NCBI GenBank assembly: GCA_017961265.1
Contig: JAGCXN010000036.1
Span: forward strand, 60,322-124,321
Origin: Bacteroidales bacterium
GTDB lineage: Bacteria; Bacteroidota; Bacteroidia; Bacteroidales; WCHB1-69
Reading direction: 5' to 3'
DNA: 64,000 nucleotides
Positions 1 to 8,596 of this stretch are shown piece after piece (position 1 is the first letter of the stretch; every line of letters begins with the position of its first letter). The notes beneath the pieces were generated by a model. It saw only the letters and a program-made list of their open reading frames with translations. It ran no database searches and had not been told where the DNA came from. Made by a program: the position numbers and the translations under genes.

Positions 1-1566
1 CGTATCCCACAAAATGATTTCCTCCATATCCTTATTAAAGAACTTATATTGAAGGAGATGTGAATTGCTGTTCATGCGCAGACGAATCCATTTTTTATAC
101 TTGAAGTACCATTTTACTCGCTTGGAAATGAAGCCTTTCGTAAGATAGGCATATAAAAACGGGTGTACTTCGATGGTGATTCTGGGCTCACTCTGTTTAT
201 ATATCAGGAATTCGATGATATTTTCAATGCTTTCTTCGATGAGGATGGCCGGTTTGATTTTGCCGGTGCCGTGGCAAACAGGACATTGTTCGAGCGTATC
301 GATGGTAGTAACCGGACGCAGCCGCTGGCGGGTAATCTGCATTAATCCGAACTTACTGAGCGGCAGGACAGTATGGCGTGAACGGTCACCCGTCATCAGC
401 TCGTTCATCCTCTTGTAGAGGAGCGTACGGTTGGCTACGGTAGCCATGTCGATGAAGTCAATGACAATGATACCACCGATGTCGCGCAGACGCATCTGGC
501 GGGCGATTTCCTCGGCGGCGGCAAGGTTGACTTGTATGGCGTTCTCCTCCTGTGAGTTGGAGGACTTGACGCGGTTGCCGCTGTTCACGTCTATCACGCA
601 CAGCGCCTCAGTCTGCTCGATAATCAGGTAGATGCCGTTCTTGATGGTGACAATCTTTCCGAACGAGCCTTTGATTTGCTTAGCAACATTAAAATGTTCG
701 AAGATAGGCTGTTTCTCCTTGTAGAGTTTCACGATATCAGCATCGTTCACCTTATCGGAGAAAGAGCGGATATAGTTACGCACCTCAATATATATATCCT
801 TGTTGTCCACATAGATGGCATGGAACGAATCGTTCAGGAGATCGCGGATAAGCGACGTGGTGCGGTCAAGTTCTGTAGCTACTTTGGCGGGGGCTTCGAC
901 CCCGATGAGGTTAGCCGTCATCGCTTGCCAGCGGATGACCAGTTGTTTGATGTCATTCTCAAGTTCTTCGGCTGTTTTTCCTTGTGCGATGGTGCGGATG
1001 ATGATACCGAAGTTTTTAGGTTTCAAGCCAGTGACAATCTGACGGAGCCGTTTGCGTTCAGTGTTACCCTTGATTTTCTGGGAGATGAACACCTTGTCAC
1101 CAAACGGCACGAGGACGGCATAGCGTCCTGCGAACGAAATTTCTGTGGTAATGCGGGGACCCTTGGTGGAGATGCACTCCTTGGCGATTTGCACGAGCAG
1201 GGTCTGCCCGGGACTGATCACATCAGTGATCTTACCCCCTTTTGCCACGAGGGGCTGCTGTTCAATGGAGGAAAGGCTGCGCCGTCCGCCGCCAATGACG
1301 GTCTTGACATACTCGTTCATCGTGCGGGTGGTGACGCTCAGGTCCATATAGTGGAGGAATGCGTCCTTGTCGCTGCCGATGTTGACAAAGGCGGCGTTGA
1401 GTCCGGGCATGATCTTGCGGACTTTTCCGACAAAGACGTTACCGACACAGAACTGCTCCGATGGGGTCTCGCGGTGGAGTTCCACCAGCCGTTTGTCCTC
1501 CAACAGGGCAATCTGCACACAATCGGGATGGTTAGCAATAACTAATTCTTTCGTAATTTCAGGCAT
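1..1566 (-). CDS. rng: Ribonuclease E/G family protein (3' end runs off the window; absent from the ORF track)
   Basis: Manual translation from ATG at 1566: MPEITKELVI...GKVRKIMPGLNAAFVNIG...KGPRITTEIS...VIDVNSG...RLRDIGGIIVIDFIDM...CPVCHGTG. Open to base 1. Confidence 0.95.
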   Translation of the reverse strand, partial: MPEITKELVIANHPDCVQIALLEDKRLVELHRETPSEQFCVGNVFVGKVRKIMPGLNAAFVNIGSDKDAFLHYMDLSVTTRTMNEYVKTVIGGGRRSLSSIEQQPLVAKGGKITDVISPGQTLLVQIAKECISTKGPRITTEISFAGRYAVLVPFGDKVFISQKIKGNTERKRLRQIVTGLKPKNFGIIIRTIAQGKTAEELENDIKQLVIRWQAMTANLIGVEAPAKVATELDRTTSLIRDLLNDSFHAIYVDNKDIYIEVRNYIRSFSDKVNDADIVKLYKEKQPIFEHFNVAKQIKGSFGKIVTIKNGIYLIIEQTEALCVIDVNSGNRVKSSNSQEENAIQVNLAAAEEIARQMRLRDIGGIIVIDFIDMATVANRTLLYKRMNELMTGDRSRHTVLPLSKFGLMQITRQRLRPVTTIDTLEQCPVCHGTGKIKPAILIEESIENIIEFLIYKQSEPRITIEVHPFLYAYLTKGFISKRVKWYFKYKKWIRLRMNSNSHLLQYKFFNKDMEEIILWDT

Positions 1567-1600
1567 AGTACATTAAAGTATGGAGCGACTAAAAACAAAA

Positions 1601-1637
1601 AAACTAAACTGCGGGGATATTCCCCGCAATTTAGTTT
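1601..1637. terminator. Stem-loop (likely intrinsic terminator or attenuator) between the bS22-like gene and rng
   Basis: aaactaaa-ctgcgggga-tat-tccccgcaa-tttagttt inverted repeat; T-rich tail on the minus strand. Confidence 0.7.
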
Positions 1638-1656
1638 CAGTCATTACACAAGAAGC

Positions 1657-1746
1657 TTACTTCTTCTTATGTCTGTTCTTTCTCAAGCGTTTTTTGCGCT
1701 TGTGGGTTGACATTTTATGTCTTTTTCTCTTTTTACCGCTTGGCAT
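1657..1746 (-). CDS. Small basic ribosomal protein, bS22-like (AURKAIP1/COX24/mS38-type), 29 aa
   Basis: Manual translation MPSGKKRKRHKMSTHKRKKRLRKNRHKKK*, matching the conserved Bacteroidota peptide; below the ORF-track cutoff. Confidence 0.9.
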   Translation of the reverse strand: MPSGKKRKRHKMSTHKRKKRLRKNRHKKK

Positions 1747-1768
1747 AGTTATAGAATTATAAGGTTAA

Positions 1769-2047
1769 TTATTTGTTTTTAACAACGTTCACGAAAGTTT
1801 TGCAAGGTTTGAATGCCGGAATCTTGTGAGCGGGGATGACGATGGTGGTTTTCTTGGAGATGTTGCGGGCGGTCTTCTGGGCGCGCTCTTTCACGATGAA
1901 GCTGCCGAAGCCTCTCAGATATACGTTCTCGTCAGCGGAGAGGGATTTTTTTACGGAATCCATGAAAGATTCAACGACGGTCTGGACTGCGTTTTTGTCA
2001 ATACCAGTTTTGTTGGCGATTTCGTTTACGATTTCTGCTTTAGTCAT
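1769..2047 (-). CDS. HU/IHF family DNA-binding protein
   Basis: MTKAEIV...VYLRGFGSF...ARNI...IPAFKP motifs. Confidence 0.95.
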   Translation of the reverse strand: MTKAEIVNEIANKTGIDKNAVQTVVESFMDSVKKSLSADENVYLRGFGSFIVKERAQKTARNISKKTTIVIPAHKIPAFKPCKTFVNVVKNK

Positions 2048-2166
2048 AACTCTTAATGATTAAATTTGATAAATGTTATACGAATATTTCTCTTTAAAAT
2101 TTGAGGGTGCAAAAATACACATTTTATTTTATTCTGTATCTTTATCTTACAAAAAAAAATATTTTT

Positions 2167-3012
2167 TTAAATCTCTGCCCGAATCTTGTCTGCGAGACGG
2201 CTTGCACCTATGCGGAAGTGTTCATTGGTGAGCCATTTTTCACCGAGGACGTTCTCTAAAATTTTCAGAAATTGGATGGCCGTGGGCGCGTCAGCAATGC
2301 CTCCAGCGGGTTTCATGCCCACCATCTTGCCCGTTTTTTCGTAATAATCCTTGATGGCATCCAGCATAACGAGGAAAGATTCAGGGGTGGCGTTCACTTT
2401 TATTTTGCCGGTGGAGGTTTTGATGAAGTCAGCGCCTGCGGCGATGGCAATCTGCGATGCTTTATATATATTGTCTACCGTCTGCAGTTCGCCGGTTTCC
2501 AGAATCACCTTGAGGTGGGCATCGCCGCAGGCCGCCTTGATGGCAGCAATCTCGTTATAGACCGTGCGGTAGTCGCCCTCGAGGAACTTGCCGCGCGAAA
2601 TCACCATATCGATCTCGTCCGCACCCTGCGCCACCGCGTAGGCCACTTCGGCAATTTTGATTTCTATGGGGCTTTGTCCTGCCGGAAAAGCGCCGGCCAC
2701 GCACGCTACCCGTACAGGTGTACCCTTAAGGATGGACTTAGCTTGCGCCGCAAACGGAGGATAGACACATACCGCCGCCGTGGTCTTGATGTTCAAACCC
2801 TTGTCCTCAAAAGCAAGGGCCTTTTCGCACAAAGCCTGCACTTTTGCTGCATTGTCCGAGCCTTCTAACGTAGTCAGATCAATCACGTTCAGGATAAAAC
2901 GATACGCTTCGGGAAGGGAGAAGTATTTCAATTCAACAGACTGATACTCAGCAAGTCGAGCTTGGACTTCCGCATCAGAATAGGGATAATTGACAGGTTC
3001 GATATAAGCCAT
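2167..3012 (-). CDS. deoC: Deoxyribose-phosphate aldolase
   Basis: IDLTTL, AVCVYP, FPAG, GADEIDMV, LKVILETG, FIKTSTGK, KPAGGI, RIGAS; start taken at MAYIEP. Confidence 0.95.
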   Translation of the reverse strand: MAYIEPVNYPYSDAEVQARLAEYQSVELKYFSLPEAYRFILNVIDLTTLEGSDNAAKVQALCEKALAFEDKGLNIKTTAAVCVYPPFAAQAKSILKGTPVRVACVAGAFPAGQSPIEIKIAEVAYAVAQGADEIDMVISRGKFLEGDYRTVYNEIAAIKAACGDAHLKVILETGELQTVDNIYKASQIAIAAGADFIKTSTGKIKVNATPESFLVMLDAIKDYYEKTGKMVGMKPAGGIADAPTAIQFLKILENVLGEKWLTNEHFRIGASRLADKIRAEI

Positions 3013-3113
3013 AATTTTACATTTTAAAAATGGACGGCAAAGATACAACTTTATTTGTTACAGTCTGAAATTCAAACAAATAAAAAAACGCCGCAATCGT
3101 GCGACGTTTCTTG

Positions 3114-3185
<72 letters not shown>

Positions 3186-3271
3186 AAATCGGCGGCAAAA
3201 GTACAATTTTTTTCATTAGAATCAACTCTTTCTGCGAAAAAATTTTTTCAAGCACGAAACAAATAATTTAT

Positions 3272-3279
3272 TACTTTTG
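3272..3279 (+). promoter_or_regulatory. Bacteroidota primary-sigma -7 element upstream of the ABC operon
   Basis: TACTTTTG fits TAnnTTTG. Similar elements precede many genes here, e.g. 24898, 43426 and 53978 on + and around 3196-3203 on -. Confidence 0.65.
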
Positions 3280-3341
3280 CAACGCTTTGTATATTTTTAT
3301 AAAAAAGCAAAATTAATTTTGAATCAATCTATTATAATAAT

Positions 3342-4271
3342 ATGAATCAAAAAAGACTCCTTACGAAGTCCTTGTTTATAGGAATAATTTCCCTTCTAGC
3401 TCTGATCGTCCTATTCAGCGGATGCCGCCGAAAAAAGAAATCTGCCGATGCATACGGCGTATTTGAAGCGACCGAAATCACCGTTTCGTCCGAAAGCAAC
3501 GGTCGACTGCTGGAGTTTGACGTGGAAGAAGGCCAGGTGTGTCACAAAGGGGATATCCTCGGCTACATCGACTCGGCGCAGACCTGCCTCCAAATCCAAC
3601 AGCTGGAATCCGCTATCCGCGCCACCCTCGCCAGCCGTCCCGACATCCCGTCGCAGCTGAACACTCTCCAAACACAGCTCCAAACCCTTGAACGTGAGAA
3701 AGAACGTGTGTCAACCCTCGTGGAAGCCAACGCCGCCACTACCAAGCAGTTGGATGACGTAAACGCCCAGATTGCCATCGTGAAAGGACAGATTTCCGCC
3801 ACCAAGTCGCAGTTGAACACACAGTCAGCAGCCATCCTCGAAAATGTGGAGGCCCAACGCTTCCAAGTGATGCAGCTCCAGAACGCCCTCGAAAAATGCA
3901 CCATCAAGGCGCCCATTAACGGCACCATCCTCAAAAAATACATCCAGCCCAACGAGCTGGCTTTCCAAGGCAAACCATTGTTCAAAATTGCTGACGTAAC
4001 CAACATGTCCATAAAGGTTTACGTCACGGAGGATATGCTCTCCGACATCCGTCTCGGACAAAAGGCCGACATCCATATCGACACCCGCGACAAGAAAAAT
4101 GACAAGGTGATGGAAGGCACCGTGCGCTGGATTTCCGACAAAGCAGAATTTACGCCCAAGATGATCCAAACAAAAAAAGAACGGGTCAATATGGTGTATG
4201 CTGTCCGCATCTCCTTCAAGAATGACGGCAGCGCTAAAATCGGAATGCCCGGTGATGTAAATTTCAAATAG
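3342..4271 (+). CDS. HlyD-family membrane fusion protein (YbhG-like), probable lipoprotein
   Basis: LFSGC lipobox-like sequence, GVFEATE, coiled coil, IKAPINGTI, AEFTPK, KIGMPGDV. Confidence 0.9.
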   Translation: MNQKRLLTKSLFIGIISLLALIVLFSGCRRKKKSADAYGVFEATEITVSSESNGRLLEFDVEEGQVCHKGDILGYIDSAQTCLQIQQLESAIRATLASRPDIPSQLNTLQTQLQTLEREKERVSTLVEANAATTKQLDDVNAQIAIVKGQISATKSQLNTQSAAILENVEAQRFQVMQLQNALEKCTIKAPINGTILKKYIQPNELAFQGKPLFKIADVTNMSIKVYVTEDMLSDIRLGQKADIHIDTRDKKNDKVMEGTVRWISDKAEFTPKMIQTKKERVNMVYAVRISFKNDGSAKIGMPGDVNFK

Positions 4272-4287
4272 CTTATCTTCAAAAGAT

Positions 4288-5202
4288 ATGCCAACTATCA
4301 GCGTTCAGGATCTGAAAAAGAGCTACGGCCATATCCAAGCCCTGAAAGGGGTCTCCTTCGATGTGGAGGAGGGCGAAATCTTCGGTGTGGTCGGTCCTGA
4401 CGGCGCAGGCAAATCCACGCTCTTCAACATCCTGACCACCCTGCTGCTGCCCGATAGCGGCACTGCCACCGTCCTCGGCCGCAACCTGTTCAAGGAGTAC
4501 CTTGAAATCCGTAAAAGCATCGGCTATCTACCCGGCACCTTCTCCCTCTATCCCGACCTGACCGTGGAGGAGAACCTCATCTTCTTCGCCACCATGTACC
4601 AGAGCTCCATCCGTGAGAACATGTCCATCATCAAGCCAATCTGGCAACAGCTGATGCCCTTCAAGAAACGTCCTGCCGGCAAACTGTCGGGCGGTATGAA
4701 ACAGAAGTTGGCCCTCTGCTGTGCCCTCATCCACAAGCCGACCCTGCTGTTCCTTGACGAACCCACCACCGGTGTGGACCCCGTCTCCCGCAAAGAGTTT
4801 TGGGAAATCCTCGGCACCATCAAAACACAAGGGATTACCGTCGTCGTGTCCACCCCCTATATGGACGAGGCCACCCTCTGCGACCGGATCGCCCTCCTTC
4901 AGGAAGGCGATTTCATCCGGATGGACACTCCTGCCAACATCATCAGCAGCTTCAAGGGCGAACTGGTCACTCTCCGCACCGACGACATCTTCAAGTTGCT
5001 CCGGAAAATGGCCGACTGCACGCTCAACTGCACCTTCTACCCCTACGGCGAAAACCTGCACGTCATCTTCTACGACCCCATCGCCACCGTCCTCCCCGCT
5101 TTCGAGGAGTTCCTCCAACAAAACGACATCGTCTATGACAACCTCTCCCAAATCGCCCCAACCATCGAGGACTGCTTCATAGAAGTAGCAAGTAAAAAGT
5201 AA
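4288..5202 (+). CDS. ABC transporter ATP-binding protein
   Basis: Walker A GPDGAGKS, signature LSGGMKQK, Walker B LFLDEPT. Confidence 0.95.
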   Translation: MPTISVQDLKKSYGHIQALKGVSFDVEEGEIFGVVGPDGAGKSTLFNILTTLLLPDSGTATVLGRNLFKEYLEIRKSIGYLPGTFSLYPDLTVEENLIFFATMYQSSIRENMSIIKPIWQQLMPFKKRPAGKLSGGMKQKLALCCALIHKPTLLFLDEPTTGVDPVSRKEFWEILGTIKTQGITVVVSTPYMDEATLCDRIALLQEGDFIRMDTPANIISSFKGELVTLRTDDIFKLLRKMADCTLNCTFYPYGENLHVIFYDPIATVLPAFEEFLQQNDIVYDNLSQIAPTIEDCFIEVASKK

Positions 5203-5239
5203 AAAGTAATTAAGTAATAAGTAATAAGTAAAAAGTATA
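5183..5239 (+). repeat. Degenerate heptamer array (AAGTAnn x8)
   Basis: AAGTA at 5183, 5190, 5197, 5204, 5212, 5219, 5226 and 5233. Confidence 0.8.
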
Positions 5240-5249
5240 ATTCCTAATA

Positions 5250-5371
5250 AAACCCCGAAGGGGTGACAGATTATAAACGGGGAGGTAAATCCCCGGAAGA
5301 CCGAGACCATAAAACGGGGATGTAAATCCCCGGAAAACCAAGACCGCAAACGGGGATGTAAATCCCTGAAA
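5250..5371. repeat. REP-like palindromic cluster: ACCCCGAAGGGGT hairpin plus 3 tandem 36-37-bp units
   Basis: AAACGGGGA(T/G)GTAAATCCC(C/T)G units start at 5275, 5312 and 5348; each forms a small hairpin. Confidence 0.8.
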
Positions 5372-5378
5372 AAGAACA

Positions 5379-6143
5379 ATGAAAGTCCGATTACCGTTCC
5401 GACCACAGCAAGCCATCGACACGCCCTATTCCATTCAGGTGGAGGGGCTGACGAAGCGTTTCGGAGAGTTCACCGCCGTAAACCACATCAGTTTCGAGGT
5501 GAAGAAGGGGGAGATTTTCGGTTTCCTCGGGGCGAACGGTGCGGGAAAGACCACCGCCATCCGTATGCTGTGCAGCCTGTTGCAGCCGACCGAAGGGAAG
5601 GCGATGATCGCCGGCTACGACCTCGCGACGCAGCCCAAGCTCATTAAACGGCATATCGGCTATATGAGCCAGAAGTTCTCGCTGTACGACGACCTCACCA
5701 TCTTCGAGAATATGCAGCTGTTCGGCACTATTTACGGAATTCCTCGCAGAGAACTGAAAGACAGAATTTTCAGCCGGCTTGAGGATTTGCATCTAGCCGA
5801 CAAGTCGAAGACGTTGGTCGCCTCCATCCCATTAGGTTGGAAGCAGAAGTTGGCTTTCGCCACCGCAATGCTGCACCGTCCTGACATCGTGTTTCTGGAC
5901 GAGCCTACCAGCGGCGTAGATCCGATCGTGCGGCGCGAGTTCTGGAACCTCATCTATGAGGCCGCCTCCCACGGGGTCACCATCTTCGTCACCACCCACT
6001 ATATGGACGAGGCCGAGTACTGCGGCCGCATCTCCATCATGTCGCACGGTGAGCTGAAACTCATCGGTACACCCACCGAATTGAAGGAACAAATGCAGGT
6101 GGATTCCATTGAAAAAGTGTTTGTCAAATATGTAGTAAGGTAG
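5379..6143 (+). CDS. ABC transporter ATP-binding protein
   Basis: GANGAGKT, VFLDEPTSG, TTHYMDEAE; degenerate signature IPLGWKQK. Confidence 0.95.
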   Translation: MKVRLPFRPQQAIDTPYSIQVEGLTKRFGEFTAVNHISFEVKKGEIFGFLGANGAGKTTAIRMLCSLLQPTEGKAMIAGYDLATQPKLIKRHIGYMSQKFSLYDDLTIFENMQLFGTIYGIPRRELKDRIFSRLEDLHLADKSKTLVASIPLGWKQKLAFATAMLHRPDIVFLDEPTSGVDPIVRREFWNLIYEAASHGVTIFVTTHYMDEAEYCGRISIMSHGELKLIGTPTELKEQMQVDSIEKVFVKYVVR

Positions 6144-6145
6144 TT

Positions 6146-7243
6146 ATGAAAGAGTTACGACAGATACTGAAAAAGGAGTTTACCCACATTTTCCGTGACC
6201 GCATCACGCTGTTCCTCGTGCTGGCCATCCCGATCATGCTGGTGCTCCTCTTCGGTTTCACTATCAGCACCGACATCCACCACGCCACCATCTCCGTTCT
6301 TGACCTGTCGAACGACAGCCAGTCGAAGGCGCTGGTAGATAAAATCACCGCATCGGGCTATTTTGAAGTGGTGTCCTATCCGAAGTCAGAGCAGGAAATT
6401 GACAACGACTTCAAAGACAAGAATATAAAGCTAGCCATCATCATTCCCAGTGCGTTTGAGGAGCAACTCACGAACGAAAAGTTCGTCACTATCCAGATTA
6501 TCAGTGACGTGTCGGATATGAACGTGGCCTCCATCCTCAACAACTACGTCAAGGCGATTCTCAATGACTTCACCAACGATTTCAACGGTACGGCCACGAT
6601 GCCCATCGAGCTCTGTACACAGATGATGTATAACCCCGAAGCCAACAGCGTCTATATGTTCGTGCCGGGTATCATTACATTGATTATGATTATTGTGACG
6701 GCGCTGATGTCGTCCATCACGCTGGCACGCGAGGTGGAGACCGGCACCATGCGGATGCTGCTGATTGCGCCGGTCAACAAGGCGTGGGTGGTCGTCGGAA
6801 AAGTCATCCCCTACATGATTCTGTCGTTTATTTCCACCATTACTATTATAGTAATCAGTGTATTGGTGTTCAAGATGCCCATCAAGGGAAGTGTGTGGCT
6901 GCTGTTGGCGGTGTGCATCGTCTTCATGCTCACATCGGCCTCGTTCGGCACGGCCATCTCCTCCTTGGTCAAGACGCAGATTGACGCCATGATGATCACG
7001 ATGATGGGGCTGTTCCTGCCCACGGCGCTGCTTTCGGGCTTCCTGTTCCCCATTGACAACATGCCCTATTTCTTCCAAGTTCTGGCCAACATCTTCCCCG
7101 GAAAATGGTTCATCATCGCCATCAAGGACGTGATGCTCAAGGGGTCAGGCTTCCTTGATATTTGGCTCTATATGCTCATCCTTTTCGTGATGGCGGCGAT
7201 TCTAATGACAGTCAGTTTAATTCGGTTGGATAAAAGAAGGTAG
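6146..7243 (+). CDS. ABC-2 type permease (YbhS-like)
   Basis: N-terminal TM, periplasmic loop, FVPG..AREVETGTM, several C-terminal TMs. Confidence 0.9.
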   Translation: MKELRQILKKEFTHIFRDRITLFLVLAIPIMLVLLFGFTISTDIHHATISVLDLSNDSQSKALVDKITASGYFEVVSYPKSEQEIDNDFKDKNIKLAIIIPSAFEEQLTNEKFVTIQIISDVSDMNVASILNNYVKAILNDFTNDFNGTATMPIELCTQMMYNPEANSVYMFVPGIITLIMIIVTALMSSITLAREVETGTMRMLLIAPVNKAWVVVGKVIPYMILSFISTITIIVISVLVFKMPIKGSVWLLLAVCIVFMLTSASFGTAISSLVKTQIDAMMITMMGLFLPTALLSGFLFPIDNMPYFFQVLANIFPGKWFIIAIKDVMLKGSGFLDIWLYMLILFVMAAILMTVSLIRLDKRR

Positions 7244-7245
7244 TT

Positions 7246-8364
7246 ATGCGGGTCATTCTTATACTGATAAAGAAAGAATTTTTGCAGGTCTTCCGCAACT
7301 CGCTGCTGTGGAAAATCCTGTTGCTGGCTCCGCTTGCCGAATTTTTGCTGTTTCCATACACCGCTGACTACGAAATCAAGAATGTCCACATCGCCTTCGT
7401 CGATCACGACCGGTCACAGATGACCAGCAACATTCTTTCCAAGTTTTCCGCTTCGCAATACTTTATCAATCATGGGATTGTGAATTCACGGACGGATGCG
7501 GAGGACATGATGCAGGCGGACGAAATCGACTTCATCATTGAGTTCCCTGCCGACTTTGAGCGGTCGGTGATTACGCAAGAGCCGACCAAAATCGGCATTA
7601 CCGCCAACGCCATCAACACGGTGAAGGCGGGACTTGGCAGCGAATACGTACAACGGGTACTCGCCGACTACCTGATGGAAGTTGCCGAAAATGCGCAAAA
7701 CCCGCTCCAGCCGCAAGTGGCTCAGTTGGTGACGACCAACGTCTATTGGTTCAACGAGCAGATGAACTACAAGAACGTCATCGTGCCGGGGCTGCTGATT
7801 ATCCTCGTCACCCTCATCGGGGCTTATATCACAGCTCTTAACATCGTGAGAGAAAAAGAGTTAGGCACGATTGAACAGGTGAATGTCACACCCATCAAAA
7901 AGTGGCAGTTCTTGTTAGGCAAGATGATACCTTTCTGGATTTTGGGAATGGCGGAATTTTGTATAGGATTGGTGATCATGAAGTTGGTATTCGGTATCAG
8001 CATACAAGGAAGTCTGTTGCTGCTGTTGGGCCTCACGGCAGTCTATCTGCTTGTGATGTTGGGGCTCGGCTTCTTCATCTCCAGCGTGTCGCGCAACCAA
8101 TTGCAGGCGATGTTCATCGTATTCTTCCTGTTCATCCTCTTTGTGATGCTGAGTGGCACGTTCACGCCAGTGGAAGGAATGCCTGACTGGGCCGAATACC
8201 TCAACTATTTCAACCCCATGTCCTTCTTTATGAGCGCAATGAAGACAGTGATTCTGAAAGGCAGCACCGTGGAGAATATTCAGGACCAGTTTATCGCCTT
8301 ATCTGTGATGGCGGTGATTCTGAACACAGCGGCACTCCTCTCCTATCGAGACAAAGTTCAATAA
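7246..8364 (+). CDS. ABC-2 type permease (YbhR-like)
   Basis: IVREKELGTIEQVNVTP, LSGTFTPVEGMP motifs. Confidence 0.9.
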   Translation: MRVILILIKKEFLQVFRNSLLWKILLLAPLAEFLLFPYTADYEIKNVHIAFVDHDRSQMTSNILSKFSASQYFINHGIVNSRTDAEDMMQADEIDFIIEFPADFERSVITQEPTKIGITANAINTVKAGLGSEYVQRVLADYLMEVAENAQNPLQPQVAQLVTTNVYWFNEQMNYKNVIVPGLLIILVTLIGAYITALNIVREKELGTIEQVNVTPIKKWQFLLGKMIPFWILGMAEFCIGLVIMKLVFGISIQGSLLLLLGLTAVYLLVMLGLGFFISSVSRNQLQAMFIVFFLFILFVMLSGTFTPVEGMPDWAEYLNYFNPMSFFMSAMKTVILKGSTVENIQDQFIALSVMAVILNTAALLSYRDKVQ

Positions 8365-8380
8365 TTGCAAATATAAAAAC

Positions 8381-8593
8381 ATGTGTGGAACTCCTGTATT
8401 AGAAATCGTTCTCACGATAATATTCATATTGGCAGTATATGTCGGGCTTGCCATACTTAATGGATTTATCGCCCGCAAGAGGAAACATTCGTTCATCATA
8501 TGGATGCTCATCTCTCTCTGCATTATGCCACCTATAGCCTTAATCGCCATTTTGGCTTTATGCAGAGAGGACAACACCCATAAAATTCCTTAA
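8381..8593 (+). CDS. Small two-TM membrane protein, function unknown
   Basis: Two hydrophobic segments separated by ARKRKH; follows the operon after a 16-nt gap. Confidence 0.55.
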   Translation: MCGTPVLEIVLTIIFILAVYVGLAILNGFIARKRKHSFIIWMLISLCIMPPIALIAILALCREDNTHKIP

Positions 8594-8596
8594 TCT

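Noticed and set aside
676-1545. 289-aa plus-strand ORF
   Set aside because: Antisense to the RNase E/G gene, which the track missed because it runs off the window edge.
5275-5371. Possible mini-CRISPR array
   Set aside because: Only 3 units, with 12-13-nt spacers that resemble each other, and no cas genes; fits a REP-like repeat better.
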